Origin: Lama glama
Lineage: Eukaryota
Direction of reading: 5' to 3'
Assembly: GCA_028534125.1 (NCBI GenBank)
Contig: CM052816.1
Location: 23,252,001-23,316,000, forward strand
Length of the DNA: 64,000 nt
Part shown: in pieces, positions 49,701 to 62,499 of the stretch
Position numbering within the stretch: position 1 is the first letter of the stretch
Layout of the letters: each line of letters starts with the position of its first letter
The notes under the pieces: generated by a model
Seen by the model: the letters and a program-made list of their open reading frames with translations, nothing else
Database searches by the model: none
What the model was told of the DNA's origin: nothing
Position numbers and translations under genes: made by a program

Positions 49701-52329
49701 AAATTATATTTATCATCATATTATTTTAATTAATTAATAAGTTTCCAGAAATCTCACCAAAAGTCTATTTATTCTGATCTCAATTGATCTCTTTCTTTAA
49801 AACTTATTTTGATAATGCTTTTAAATGCTGTTTTTAGAAGAGAGAATTTAAAAAACTCTGCCACATAGTTTTGTTTGAGCCCAGTGAATGCTTCTCTTTG
49901 CAACAGAATAATGAGTTTCTGCAGATTTTCTCTGATAATGTCAAATTTTCAATTCAATTAGATTCAAAAAGTTTTAAATCCGGCCTTGGGAAGGAAAAAA
50001 CAACAAAACCTCAACAACTCAGAGTGTGTTGACATGTTAAGACTGTTGTTTAATAAGTTGAGATTTTGTATGAAGATTCAGTCTGAAAATTGCAAAAGAG
50101 GGGAAAGAATAGATCTCGTGAAAACTTTTAAACAACCTGCTGGTTTTAAGGTTTTAACGGTGTTATGCCATTCATGGAAAAAAAAAATCCAATGTGAAAG
50201 CTGTCAAACTTCAATCGGTCAAGTTGTTCTGGCCTATTTGAAGTGTATATATTTTCCCCTGAGTGCATATCACAGCTTCTTGCCCATTTAGCAGCAAGCT
50301 GGCACTGCAAGGCTGGGCTAGAGTTCACAGCAGACTAAAAATACTCTGGGAAAGACCCAGATCTAGACTTGCACGTCATTTAAACTAGACACGTCTGGCC
50401 CATGAAGAGAAATGGAGATAGATATTCAAGCCAAATCTGCATACATAAATCAGTGACACTTAAAGAAAGCATAGGATAATAGTTAAAGTTATCACCTTGC
50501 AGATAACCTGGTCTCTGGGTGAAACTATGGAGAGCCTGCTTTGTGTCTTCTAGGTGGTGCTGCGTTTCAACACTGAGAAAAGTTTTAAACATTTTGTTCA
50601 AATTATTATACAATCTCTTCTATTGGTTTTGTATGGAAAGTGATCCTAATGATGCTTATCATGAATTTTCTAGCAGCATGTTTGTTTTATTTGTATTGTT
50701 TAGCCTCAAAAATATATTACACATGGTTTAAAAAACAAAACTTGTAGTATCTACTAATTCAGTCTGATTTATGAAAATGCTAAGGAAATATAAAATACAG
50801 GCTCTCTCTTGGACAGTACCTGACCTAAAAAAAGTTTGACTATATTCCTATTCGCTCTCATTTCTACATGAACATGCCTAGGACACTGAGAAAAACAACT
50901 GACTGGAAGAGGTCCATGAAGATGTCAAAGGAAACATTATTCTCTAATCAAATCTTCTTGTACACACATTGTTAGATGAAAGAAGAGGAAAGAAGGCAAT
51001 AAACTCACTCCACATGAGAATTTGTGACTGTAAGGATATTACCATCTTCGTTTAGTCAATAAAGAAACATGATGGTAACTTCATCATTTAGGAACATGGG
51101 AAGGTAAATAACTAAAATACACAGCATCCTTTAAAACTAAAGTTGTAGCAAATTGGTATTTAACTTCCCTTCCCCATCCTCCAGTTAACAGCAAATATTT
51201 TAAATCAGAAACATACATTTCTGGGTTTTAACCAAATCATTTATCAACTCTTTGACCTCTGTTAATGTAAATGTAAGCAAAGATGATAGTATCATAAAGA
51301 GAAAAGGAGAAGAAAGAAAACAGGCTGGTTTTAATTTGGAAAACACTGTATATAAATAGTAGATAAATCCTTAGCTTCACAATCATTCTGAATCATAAAA
51401 TTCTGGTAGGCATCTTCTCAGACTCAATTCTATACTCTTAGATGAACTAGTTACAGAGCTACATTAACACCACTAGAACGCAACACATTATACAATTCTC
51501 AGCTTTGTCCCTTGGTTTGCAATGTACTGAGCTAGCAGTGTTCAGGGGCGGGGGTTGCAAGCATCCAAATATTTTAGCACTACAGCCCTCAACTACGGAG
51601 TGTTGGAAGCTGTTTTCACGATGATTCCTACAACAGCTGGAACAGATGGCTAGTTGAAGAAGCCCACACGGCCTGAGGAACTGAGAAGTTCATTAGTTAA
51701 TCAATACACAGAGCATTGCAGAATCCCCAAGAGTACATACCATTAGCACAGTTACAGGGAAATTAAACAGTTACTTTTAATGAGTAATTACAGATTTGAT
51801 TGCTGAAAGAATAAGTTTATTTTAGAGAGCTCAAGAATGCAATTTATTCTCATAAATATCAGAAGAAAAAATAAAAATATTTAGAACACCAGATTATAAA
51901 AATAAGATTTTCATTTTGTTAACAAAGAACTAAGTAAGACAAATGGGTTGTGTGATGTTTGAAGACATGTGGCTGACTATTAGGTTATCTCTGTTTATTA
52001 CTGGCATTTGTGTTTCAGGGATGATGGAAATTATTGCTGGTGCATAGTTTTATAACCCAAGCAATAAATTACTCAGCATAATACCATGAGGCTTGCCCAA
52101 TATACACACATTGTTATACTTTTGTGTATAATATAAAAAACAAAACAAACCCAAATTCTGACTTTCCATATAAGCTCACAGAAAACATTTGGCAGTCTGT
52201 AAACAACTGACTAATATTTCACAGAAGTTCTCTTGCAAGGAACCATTTTCTTAATGACTATATGTAGTGGTAACACATTTCTAATCTTTTTTTTTTATAA
52301 TTTTATACTTAATTTGTGCATTTTTCTTT

Positions 52330-52900
52330 TTCTAATGAAAAATCACAGAAGTAATAAATGACTACATGCATAAGCCAAGCAATAAAGAAATGTCTGGAGA
52401 AAAGTTATATTCACCCTCACTTCCCATTGCTCTGCTCTCACCCATCAATTCTGCTTCTCTCCCAAGAGAAACTACTAATTACAGCCTGCAGTTTATATTT
52501 TCAAACCATTTTCTATGAGTTTAAAAATATATATATACACTGTGTGTATATATTCACACCTGTATATAAATTAATTTTTCTTAAATCTCAAATGGTATCG
52601 TAAAGTATCAACTTTTCTGACATACCTAACCACCATATCTTGTACATCTTCTCATGCTAATACATACATACATATCTACCACATTCTGTTAATAGCTACA
52701 CTGTAACCGTTCCTCTTCTGATGAATATTTCTGTTGCTTCTCACTTCTCACCTCAGCAAGTTGCACCCTTACACAAGCATTTGTGTGTGTGTGTGTGTGT
52801 ATCTTTGTGCACATATGTAAATATTTACTTAGGACACGATTCTAGAGGCGGAATTGCTAGATGTCCATTCTGCCCACTTTTCAAATGGATGAGTTTTTAA
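52330..52900 (-). mobile_element. Old L1 (L1ME-like) 3' fragment containing a (TG)9 repeat at 52782-52799
   Basis: ctcccaagagaaactactaattacag..ctgatgaatatttctgttg..atttacttaggacacgattctagaggcggaattgctagat. Confidence 0.6.
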
Positions 52901-53747
52901 ACTAGTCCTCTACACAATTAAATTTTTTTTGCTAAGTAATTCACCCCAATTCATCTTTATGTTGCTGATACTCTTCAAACATAACAAACACTCATGATCT
53001 TCAGAGACAAGTTTTCTTATCTTACATCCAATGAGTAAAGTGGTAACTGTCCCACTTTTCCTTCATAGAATAAAAATTTAAAAATTATGTAAACAATTAC
53101 ACTGGTATCTGTGATTAAATTAACCATAGCTGTAGTTTATGTGGGCTCTACCTCCTTCATATTCTTCAAAAGAAAATCAATTTTCAACAGTAATTATTTT
53201 GATCCTAATAAATTTCTATAGCCTTATAAAACACAGTAAACAATTTAGACAGCCAAATGTTTACTAATCCCCAAAATATCAATTAGAATATTTTATTTCT
53301 GATGCTTGAAATGACAAGGAAAAATTATACTCAGTGGCTCTTTCAAGACAATATCTTGTACTTGAAAGGATTCATCACTTCCAAGAAGATTTAATATTTA
53401 TGATTTAGTTGTGATTATTTTATTTATGTTTAATGTTAATAGTAAAAAATATTTCATTTTTCTTAAAGTTATACATATATCTGACTCCATATTCTCATAA
53501 TCAACAGTCAAGATTACTGCACTGATATTAACCACCATGGATTTGAAAAAAATATAAGTGCTAAAATTAAAAATAGATGAAATGCTGACATTTTTATATA
53601 TACTGAGTATTCCACTAGTATTAGGACAGATACATATGTAACTGGCAGAAGAAAATGTCCCACCAGTTACAGTGGTTGGAGAAAAGTCAAAGTTTCTTAA
53701 ATTTCCTTTAACATTCTTATTAACTTCAGGCAATACAAATGACTTAC

Positions 53748-53849
53748 CTTACCAGCGTCACAATCAGTTCCATCCATTGGTGGATCGAGTTTGGTTCTGC
53801 ATTCTTTCTCACCGTCTACCTTGCACCACAACCCTGTGCAAATAACATG
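53748..53849 (-). CDS. ADAMTS19: ADAMTS19 coding exon, disintegrin-like domain (HVICTGLWCKVDGEKECRTKLDPPMDGTDCDAGK)
   Basis: 102 nt, phase 0-0; acceptor cttgttttcag|CAT, donor AAG|gtaagtc; ADAMTS C..LWC...C.TK..P..DGT.C motif. Confidence 0.96.
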
Positions 53850-56699
53850 CTGAAAACAAGGGCATAATAACTAATAAGGGGAAGGTATCACATTTTTGAG
53901 GTTAAACCAGTAATTTTTGAGAAAGCTACTTTTAATAGAACATCAGAAATTATATGAAGAAAAATAAACTTTAGGTACTTTTAATATTAAATTTATAATT
54001 GAAACAGTAGGTGGCTTATTTATAGTGATAAGAAAACTGATGCCTAAAAACAGAAAACTGACAAATTTAAATATTTCACAATTTATTTAAATGAAACATA
54101 TGCCATTACATAAGATTAAGTAGCTAACACGGAAGCTAAAAATCATTATTTATACCATTACATGAACCAGACTGGAAGAATTAATGTGTTTATGGTATGA
54201 ATTCAGTGCCTCCTGTCTTAAAGTCTGTCCTCACTTACGCTCTGCTTTATGCCAACATGCCATGGTTAGTATTTCATTACCTCATCATATAGCCTTGGCC
54301 CCAGACATAATACAGTGACTCGGTGGGTATATTTCTGTAAATTGTTCTATGAATGCATACTAGATCGGAAGGACACAACTAACTTTTTCTATGGAAAAGT
54401 TGAGGAAGTAAAAGGAAAAAAAATGGGCTAAAATAGCAGAGACATAGTAACACTGAAAGAAGGGAACTCTACAGTTGTGGACCCCCCGAGACATAGATAA
54501 AGAGGCACTTTCTTAAGGACTTTCTATTTCTATAAGATGGTTGAAGGTTTTTAGATACAAGCATGTTATGAAACCCATGTGGCATATTTAAAGGTGATCA
54601 GAGTAGTCGATAGTGAAGATGACTGTGTGCCTACCTACCCAGATATTTGGAAAAGAGGATGGAAGACAACAGGTCAATAAAGACAGAACAAGTGAGCAGT
54701 AATGTGAAAGACATTTGTGAAAGGGCGAGAGGACCAGCTTAAAGCGGGGAGGCATACAATGGAAAGGAGTAGTGACCAAGACTTAAAGACTAAAATCAGA
54801 TCTTGAATGCCAGGAAAGACGAGGGGCTCCATATTTGGAGGGAAAAAGAAGCCACTCAGCAGTTGACCAACAGGTTGATAAGATAAAAGGACTATTTTAG
54901 GAGGTTTAATTTGGCAGTGGTGTTCAAAACAGACTAAAAATCATGGCAAAGTTAACATTAACATATGATCCAAATCTATTAAATATTTTGGAAAAGACAT
55001 ATTTAAACTAGGGTCTCAAACAAGTCTGTTATAACTCTAACAATGAATTTGTTATAACTCCCAAAATACTATTTTCCTATTTTTTTATTAAAAAATTTAG
55101 ATTTCTAAAATATTTGTAAGCTCTTAAAAATTCAATAGTCTATGGCAAAGGTGTGATATGTTTAACTGACGTTATTTTATATACTGTGATACTTTTCTGC
55201 AACAAAATATTTTATACAAATGTGTCTCATTATATTTAGAATATGATTTAGTTTAATTTATATGCACATATCATTTACCAAAATTCATCCAGGAACTAAT
55301 TTCAAAAAACATCTAAATCAAATAGCTTCTCTGCAATATTTAAAACTCTTTCAAATAAACAGAGAGGTTAATTGCTTGTCTTGTACTTTTGTGGATACAA
55401 TTATTAATTAACAGATCTCTAACCTGAGAATTTTAGCTCCTCAAAGTCATTTTTCCCACCAAGATCTTTTTGTTTAAGGATATTTTATAATCATGGGGTA
55501 AAATGCTGAATTTTCCACCAGTGAAGAATTTTGCTTTATTTATATTCAATAAGGCTTAGTTGTGTTAGAACATGAATTACTTTAGCCAAGTTCATTAGTT
55601 AACCAATGAATGCTGAACTAAAAAGCAAATCTTCTGTACTGTAGTTTAAAAATAACACTGGCTTGCTGAACGCTGTTGGTGGTCTAAATTCTGACTTTCC
55701 ACCATTGTCCGCTATTCAAAACAGCAGGTACGCTAATTGATTCCCACTTGAGGCACTGAGAGCATAAAGGCAAACTTGGCAGCTTTTCAAGATAAGCACA
55801 GCCATGCAGAATAAATCTCTCACACAGGAGATCTCTTCACCCTTTGTGTTCTGCAGGTCTAGGGATCTCATGGCAAGTAAATTTTACCCTCATTCTTAAA
55901 GATAACTCAGACTCTGGGTTTCAAACTGTCAAAAGTAAAGCAACCAAATATTGATGAAATGGCATGGACTGTTTTCCCCTTGAGGAAGCGGAACATCTCA
56001 GATGTGTGATATTAGAACTATGTGATATCAAGCTCTTTCTCAAGATAATGAGGAGGAGGGTTGGGTATTTCGTTAGAACAACATAAACACTCTCTGTTAT
56101 ACAGTCCAGAGTCAAATATTCTTTTCAACTTAATTGCTGAAATGACTTAATATGTTAATTAAGAAAAGAACTTTAAAACCTAAAATGCTGTGTACAGGAA
56201 ACCAGGACAGAAATGTACAACTCAGCATCTTCTAGGTAACTAATAAAAATAACATTCCTTTTTTATACCTCTATAATAAGAAACAATCATTGAAAGCATA
56301 TAAGAATTTAGATATTTATCTCAAGTAGACTTTTAAAAAGTTACACGAAAGTACTGTATATTTTAAATGGAATCATTTAAATGGAATATTGACTGTCCAT
56401 GCGTAGATATCATAAAATTTATCTTCAAAGACAACCTGTACCCATGTCTTTCTTTGTAGCAAATAGTTCCATTAAGATTTTCTGATTTTTACGGTAAAAT
56501 AAAAAATCTTCAGTGCATATGCATGGAAGCAACATTTAAATTTTGGACATATAACTCCTTGTTTGTCCGTAAATCATCTTTCAAAATACAATGTCAGTAA
56601 TGTAACAGTTGACTGCAAATGTAATTCGGTATGGGATAATATTTTCAAAACCAAACTTTTCTATCACAAAACACCTTCGTATTATTAAGGGTGGAAGGG

Positions 56700-59600
56700 A
56701 AGAACAAAGTAAGAGAGAAAAAAAGACAGTTATTAAAAAATAGAAAACAAAGACTCTAAAGAAATAATAAAAAGCTGAAAATCAGTCCTTTGTAAATACT
56801 AATAAAACTGAAAATTAGTTAAGAAAAAGAGAAGGCAAAAATAAACACTATTAGGAATAAAAAAATGAAGGCTTAAGTACAGATAATGTAAAGTTTGAAC
56901 AAAAACAGGAAGACATTTTGAACAACTTTATGCCAAAAACTTTACAATGTATATGAAATGGAAAAACATTTTAAAAATTTACTATAAATGTACTAAGAGG
57001 AACTCAAGAAGAAATAAAAAAGCTGAACTATTTTGTAACCATATAAGATTTCTCCAGAGAGAAATTCTCTAGAGAAAAGAAAAAGAGGGAATATTACATT
57101 TTATGACACCCAAGCCAGACAGGAGTTTTAAAAGAAAATGAAAGTAGTAATCTACTTCATTTATTAACTTAGATTTAAATATGCTACACAAGTTTTAACA
57201 GACTGGATCCAGCAATGCATGAAAAAAATATAGTGTACATTTTGATCACATTGGGTTTTCCCTGGAATACAAGGTTACTATAATATTAGAGATTTGATTA
57301 AGTAGTCAAGCAATCAACTTCAAAATGTATGATTTTTATATCTCTGGATACAAAGCATGTGATATAATTCAACATCCATTCATTAAAAAAAATCTTAGCC
57401 AACTAGCCATTGAAGAAAACGTCTTTAAAATTAATGGACATCTGAACATCTTATGAAAACCTCATAAAAAACATGAAAGTTGAAAGTTTTCTTTTAAGAT
57501 TAGGAGAACAGCAAAGATAGCATCTTGGCACAAACATAAAAAAGTGAATACACGGTGTATTCAAAGTGGCAAGGGGAAAAAAAACTGTCAATCTAGACTC
57601 CTGAACTCAGCTGAAATTTTATTCAAGACTGAAGGTTAAATAAAGAGTCTTTCAAGGAAACAAAAACTGACTGTTCATCACCAACAGATCTTCCCAAAAG
57701 GAACTTCTAAATGCTGTACTTCAAGAGAAATATGATCTTATAGGAAACGGCTGAAAAGCACTGGTGAGCAAAAAGACCGATGAAAATGAGGATAAATCTA
57801 AATTAACATTGACTACATAAAACAATAATAATTGGATTTTAGCCATTATTATAAATCTTTTTAATGGAAAGAAATACTAGAAATCTAGTCTATCTTTATC
57901 TCAGAAACTTTATCCCTTAGCAGAGAAGATTTGACCACTGACAGTTAAATAAATCTGATGTCTCCTCTATCACCTCCCTCTCTACATTTTTCAAGACTGC
58001 TAGTGGCAGATGTTGAGTAATAGACATGAGAAGAAAACACAGTCTATGCATAGCCAACAAATGAATGAGCAAGTTACAAAGGATCCCTCAATAGGACACA
58101 TCTGTGAGTGTTAAAGAAAATCAAGGAGTAAGAAGAAATTTAGAGAAAGGAGAACAGTCAACACCTAGTTAATGAAACCCCAGAGGAAAAAATAAAAAGT
58201 GGGAAGGAACTATTTGAAATATTTGAAAGAAACATGATCCAGAATTTCCTAGTATGAAAGAGAGATATAAGATGAAAAAGATTCCCCTTCTAGAATGGTA
58301 GAATAAGTTCCCAGAAGACCAACCCTCCTGTAGATAACAACCATAAATGCTGGAGAGAACGCAAAAAAAAAAAAAAAAGAAAAGAAAAAGAAAAAATTCC
58401 CTGGTGGTTCTGGAAAGTGAACAAAGGCAGGTAAATTGTTTAGGAGAATTGAAGGGATTGGCAAAGGTTGAGTTTACCATCTTTGTGGCTTTTACTCGAT
58501 ACTGGATTGTGGTCATGGCATGACGATGGGTAGCTAAAACAACACATGTCCTCTTTTTAGACTCATGAAGATAGAAAATGGTGAAGTCAAAGCTACCAAC
58601 ACCTGAAAGGACAATTCTAAAAGGAAGAGAGTCAGAGATGCCTAAGTTTTTAGCTGGCACCTGTACCACACACACATGGAGACACATTCCAAACAACCCA
58701 GAGAAGGGAAGAGTGAGCTGACCAAAGAAATAAGCCACTTCCACAGCAGATAAGACAGTTGCCATTTGAATCTAAGAAACTTAACTGTTTGTGAAAACAA
58801 AAGCCAAAACACTCTCTGGAGGAATATAACACAATCCAGAGTATCTGCAGCAACAGTGGTCAGCAAACGCTTTCTGTAAAGTGCCAAACAGTATATATTT
58901 TAGGCTTACAGGCTACGTGGTCTCTGTTGTAACTATTCATCAATGACATTGTAGTCTGAAGGTGGCCAAAGAGAACATGTGAACAAACAGGGGGGACTGT
59001 GTTCTAGTAAAACTCGATTTACAAAAACAGGCAGCCAGTTCCTACACCATAGTTTGTAAGAAATTAATGTATTAGTATATAATGTGTTAATGTATTAATA
59101 CTGCAGAATAAAAACATATGTGTATACAAATAATCATTCACAAATGTTCTGACTAGCCTTACTCATAATTGCTAACATCTCAGATGCCTACTAAGAGGTG
59201 AACTGATAAACAAAATAGTTTATGTACTAGTAGAATACAATATAGCAAGTTACTGATACTCATAAAAACATATAAATATGTCTGACTTCTGAATGCAGAG
59301 GAAAATTTGGTTTCTCCAATGTAAGGTCGGAAAGGAGAAAAGGAGGAAAAACAGAGCATAAATATGAAAAACAGACACAAAATAAGTTGACAAGAAAAAT
59401 TCTAAAACAAAAAATTTAAATCAACGTAGAAACGTTAAACTAGCTGATGAAATACAAAATACTATTACATTGGTTTAAACGGAAAAATATAAAACCTAGC
59501 AATTGCTTTTCCCTAGTAAACATATCTTTCCCTCTATATCCACATCCACATTTATATTTCTATCTGGAGAGGCTAAAGATAAAAGTATGACAAATATCAG

Positions 59601-60400
59601 TCTGGATAGTGCTTTTAATGCCAGACAAAATAGATTTTAAGGCTCAAGTCTTAAAAATGCAAATAGTAATATAACTTGACCCTTATATAAGGTAACAACT
59701 GATAGAATTACAGGGAGAAATAAATCAATAGTTAGAGTTGGGTGTTTTAACATATGCCTGTCACTAAAAAATCAAAACAAAATAAAGATATTTTGAATAA
59801 TAATATTAATATGCTTCATCTAAAATCTAATGACAGATAATGAACTTAAAGAACACACATTCTTTCAAGAACACAGAGAACAATTACTAAAATTTATCAT
59901 ATATCACATTAAATAGGAAACTTCAATAAATTTTAAAGAATTGGTATTGTACAGACTACTTCATCTTAGTGTAGTACAATAAAAGTTGGTGCAAATAAAA
60001 ATAATAAAAATAAAACCCCCTTCATTAATAAATTAAAAAACAAATCCAAAATGTCTCTGGTGCTGAAGAAATATGTAAGCTGAAAGAAAATGAATGTACT
60101 GTATAAGAATTTAATTCCAGTAGTATGAAGGATTTGTATAAGATGGAGAAAAAAAACCCACAAAAAACAAAAGTAGTGCAACTTATTGGGGAAACTGGAT
60201 GGGTTCGAACACTTCAAAATTAAAAAAGGACACTGTATAAAATATTAACATACAATGACAGACTGTTTATAAGTAATAATGAACTCTCACCTAGAATACA
60301 GGATATATAAAGAACTCCTCCAAAGCGACAAGAAAAGCAAAAAATTGAAAAATGGGCAAAGTGTAAATAGGTAATTTACAAAGATAGAGACCTAAAAAAT
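56700..60400 (+). mobile_element. Mosaic of old L1 fragments (ORF2-RT, ORF1, 5' region, ORF2-EN) in non-colinear order
   Basis: A-rich L1-like blocks: gaacaactttatgcc, ggatccagcaatgc, actgtcaatctagactcctgaactcagc, ccagaatttcc, ccagacaaaatagattttaagg, aaaaatgggcaaag. Confidence 0.65.
58854..59057 (+). mobile_element. MER58A-like hAT-Charlie DNA transposon
   Basis: cagtggtcagcaaacgctttctgtaaag..attttaggctt..ggtctctgttgtaact..gactgtgttctagtaaaactcgatttacaaaaacaggcagcc..catagtttg. Confidence 0.85.
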
Positions 60401-62041
60401 AAAAACTTGTGTCAATAAGAAGTCACGGAAAAAATGAGTCCTATGAGAAAAAAATAAAAAGCTAGATTATTCAGAGAAAAAAGGTAACATCAAACTCATG
60501 CATTCACAGATCGAGTAAGACTAAACCTCAGAAAAATAGGTGGAAGTTTTGATTAGATGGCAAGATGGGCAGATTCAGTTCCTGGAAGCTTTAATCCACC
60601 ATAACTTCATTAATCTTATAGAAATGAGGGACTGTGAAAATCTGCACTTCACCAATCTTAACAACATGATTTACCCAATGATGCTGTCTTAGTTGCCCAA
60701 ACAATTACTAGCCACCAGGGCTATTTCATGATAAGCCTTTTTAAGCTTGAATTTCTATTGCCCCTGGAATTTCACAATGTCAAATCTCAGAGACACAATC
60801 TCCTAGACTTCTTCAATAAGGTACCTTATTTCAAGGCCAGCCTGCTCATTTAGATCAAATGAGAGGTTTCAGAAGTCCTACGTACTTTGACTGCATCAAG
60901 TTGATACAAGAGAAATGTAAAAGTGGAACTTTCCATGTTACTTCTACTTTAAGTCACCATATGATTCAATTACACTACAGAGTTTTCTACACAATAAAAT
61001 GTACATGCAATTCACAGTGTAACTAGTTCAAAATCAAAGTCAGAACCTTAAGTGTCCCGAAGGTCTTCATTTTATTTTATTTTTTTAGCATATTTTCTTC
61101 TCACTCAAATAACGTAACTCTCCAGTGGCCACTTTTATTGATTCTAGAGAGACATCCATACCTCTGTATTCTTAGCCAGGCTATGCAATTTCAGGCAGCT
61201 ATTAAGATAACTCAGTGCAGTTGGAGCTGGCTCAGCCACAAGATGCCATATGTCCTAGAGGCACCACATGCTTAGGACTCAGGAACAGAGCCGTCCAAGA
61301 AGTTAGCATATTCATGCGGAAGAGTGAATAATTATGGCTGGAGGTCAAGATGTTTCACAAGCATCTCTACAGCTATGCCTTTAAACATTTTGCAGATGTA
61401 AGCTGCTATCCTAAGGGTAAATCTGTATCATTAATTTGATCAGCATGCATATAATGTTGGAGTCCCTAGTGCTTGTATATAACTATCTATTAGTAAGAAT
61501 GGAAAAGCAGCATCTAATTCAAATACTATGGACTGACTGCCACTGTGTCATGTCTAAGGTGGTACCAGAAACACACGTTGAAAATCCACTATGAATCTTT
61601 ACTCCATGCAGCTTGATACTTATTTATAACGGGGTAGAAATGGGATGATCATGAGGATGCCTGATTAGCTCATGGATATGCTGTGAAACACAACCTTATA
61701 GGTTGCTGTTTGTGTAGCCATTGAATTAATATTTTGTAAGGTTATCTTCATATTCCCTTAACATATTACATACCTAAGAATCAACTATTTCTAGGACTGA
61801 AAATTTAGAGTCATTATTCCATCATTCAGTTGATTCACTTATTAATTAACAAGTATTTATTGAGCACTCATTTAGGTGCTAGAGAGACAGTGATAAAAAG
61901 GACTGACAGCTCCTTTCATGTCCTAGAGTTTGCCTTCTAGATTTGTTTTGTATAAAGTCTAGGTGACAGATTGGTAGGTGTGGTGACTTCACGTGCATCC
62001 ACTGGAAGGTGCATGTGTGTGGCTTAACAAGCAGAACTATT

Positions 62042-62361
62042 TTTTTTAACATTTTTTTTATTGAGTTATAGTCATTTTACAATGTTGTATCAAATTCCAG
62101 CGTACAGCACAATTTTTCATTTATATACGAACATACATATATTCAGTGTCACTTTTTTTTTGCTGTGAGCTACCACAAGATCTTGTATATACTTCCCTGT
62201 GCTATACAGTATAATCTTGTTCATCTATTCTGCATATGCCTGTCAGTATCTACAAATTTTGAACTCCCAGTCTGTCCCTCCCACTCCCCCGCCCCCTTGG
62301 CAACCACAAGTTTGTATTCTATGTCTATGGGTCTGTTTCTGTTTTTGTTTTTGTTTTTTTT
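62042..62361 (-). mobile_element. Young L1 3'-UTR insertion (camelid type) with perfect 14-bp TSD, sense to ADAMTS19
   Basis: Reverse complement closely matches 32750-33022; TSD caagcagaactatt at 62028-62041 and 62362-62375; AATAAA (minus strand) at 62057-62062 followed by an A-rich tail. Confidence 0.93.
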
Positions 62362-62499
62362 CAAGCAGAACTATTCAACCTTCTACACTGTTAATTTCTT
62401 CCCCTTCTATTTTTAAGTTCTACCTCCTGACGCTTATTATGCATTCAGGTATGCCATGAGAGCTTCAAGCAATAGTGTCCCAAAGTGAGTGGGAAAAAC

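Noticed and set aside
58169..58765. 198-aa minus-strand ORF, the longest gap-free ORF in the window
   Set aside because: Antisense reading of A-rich old L1 sequence including a poly(A) run (FFFLFFFFFF); no recognisable domain.
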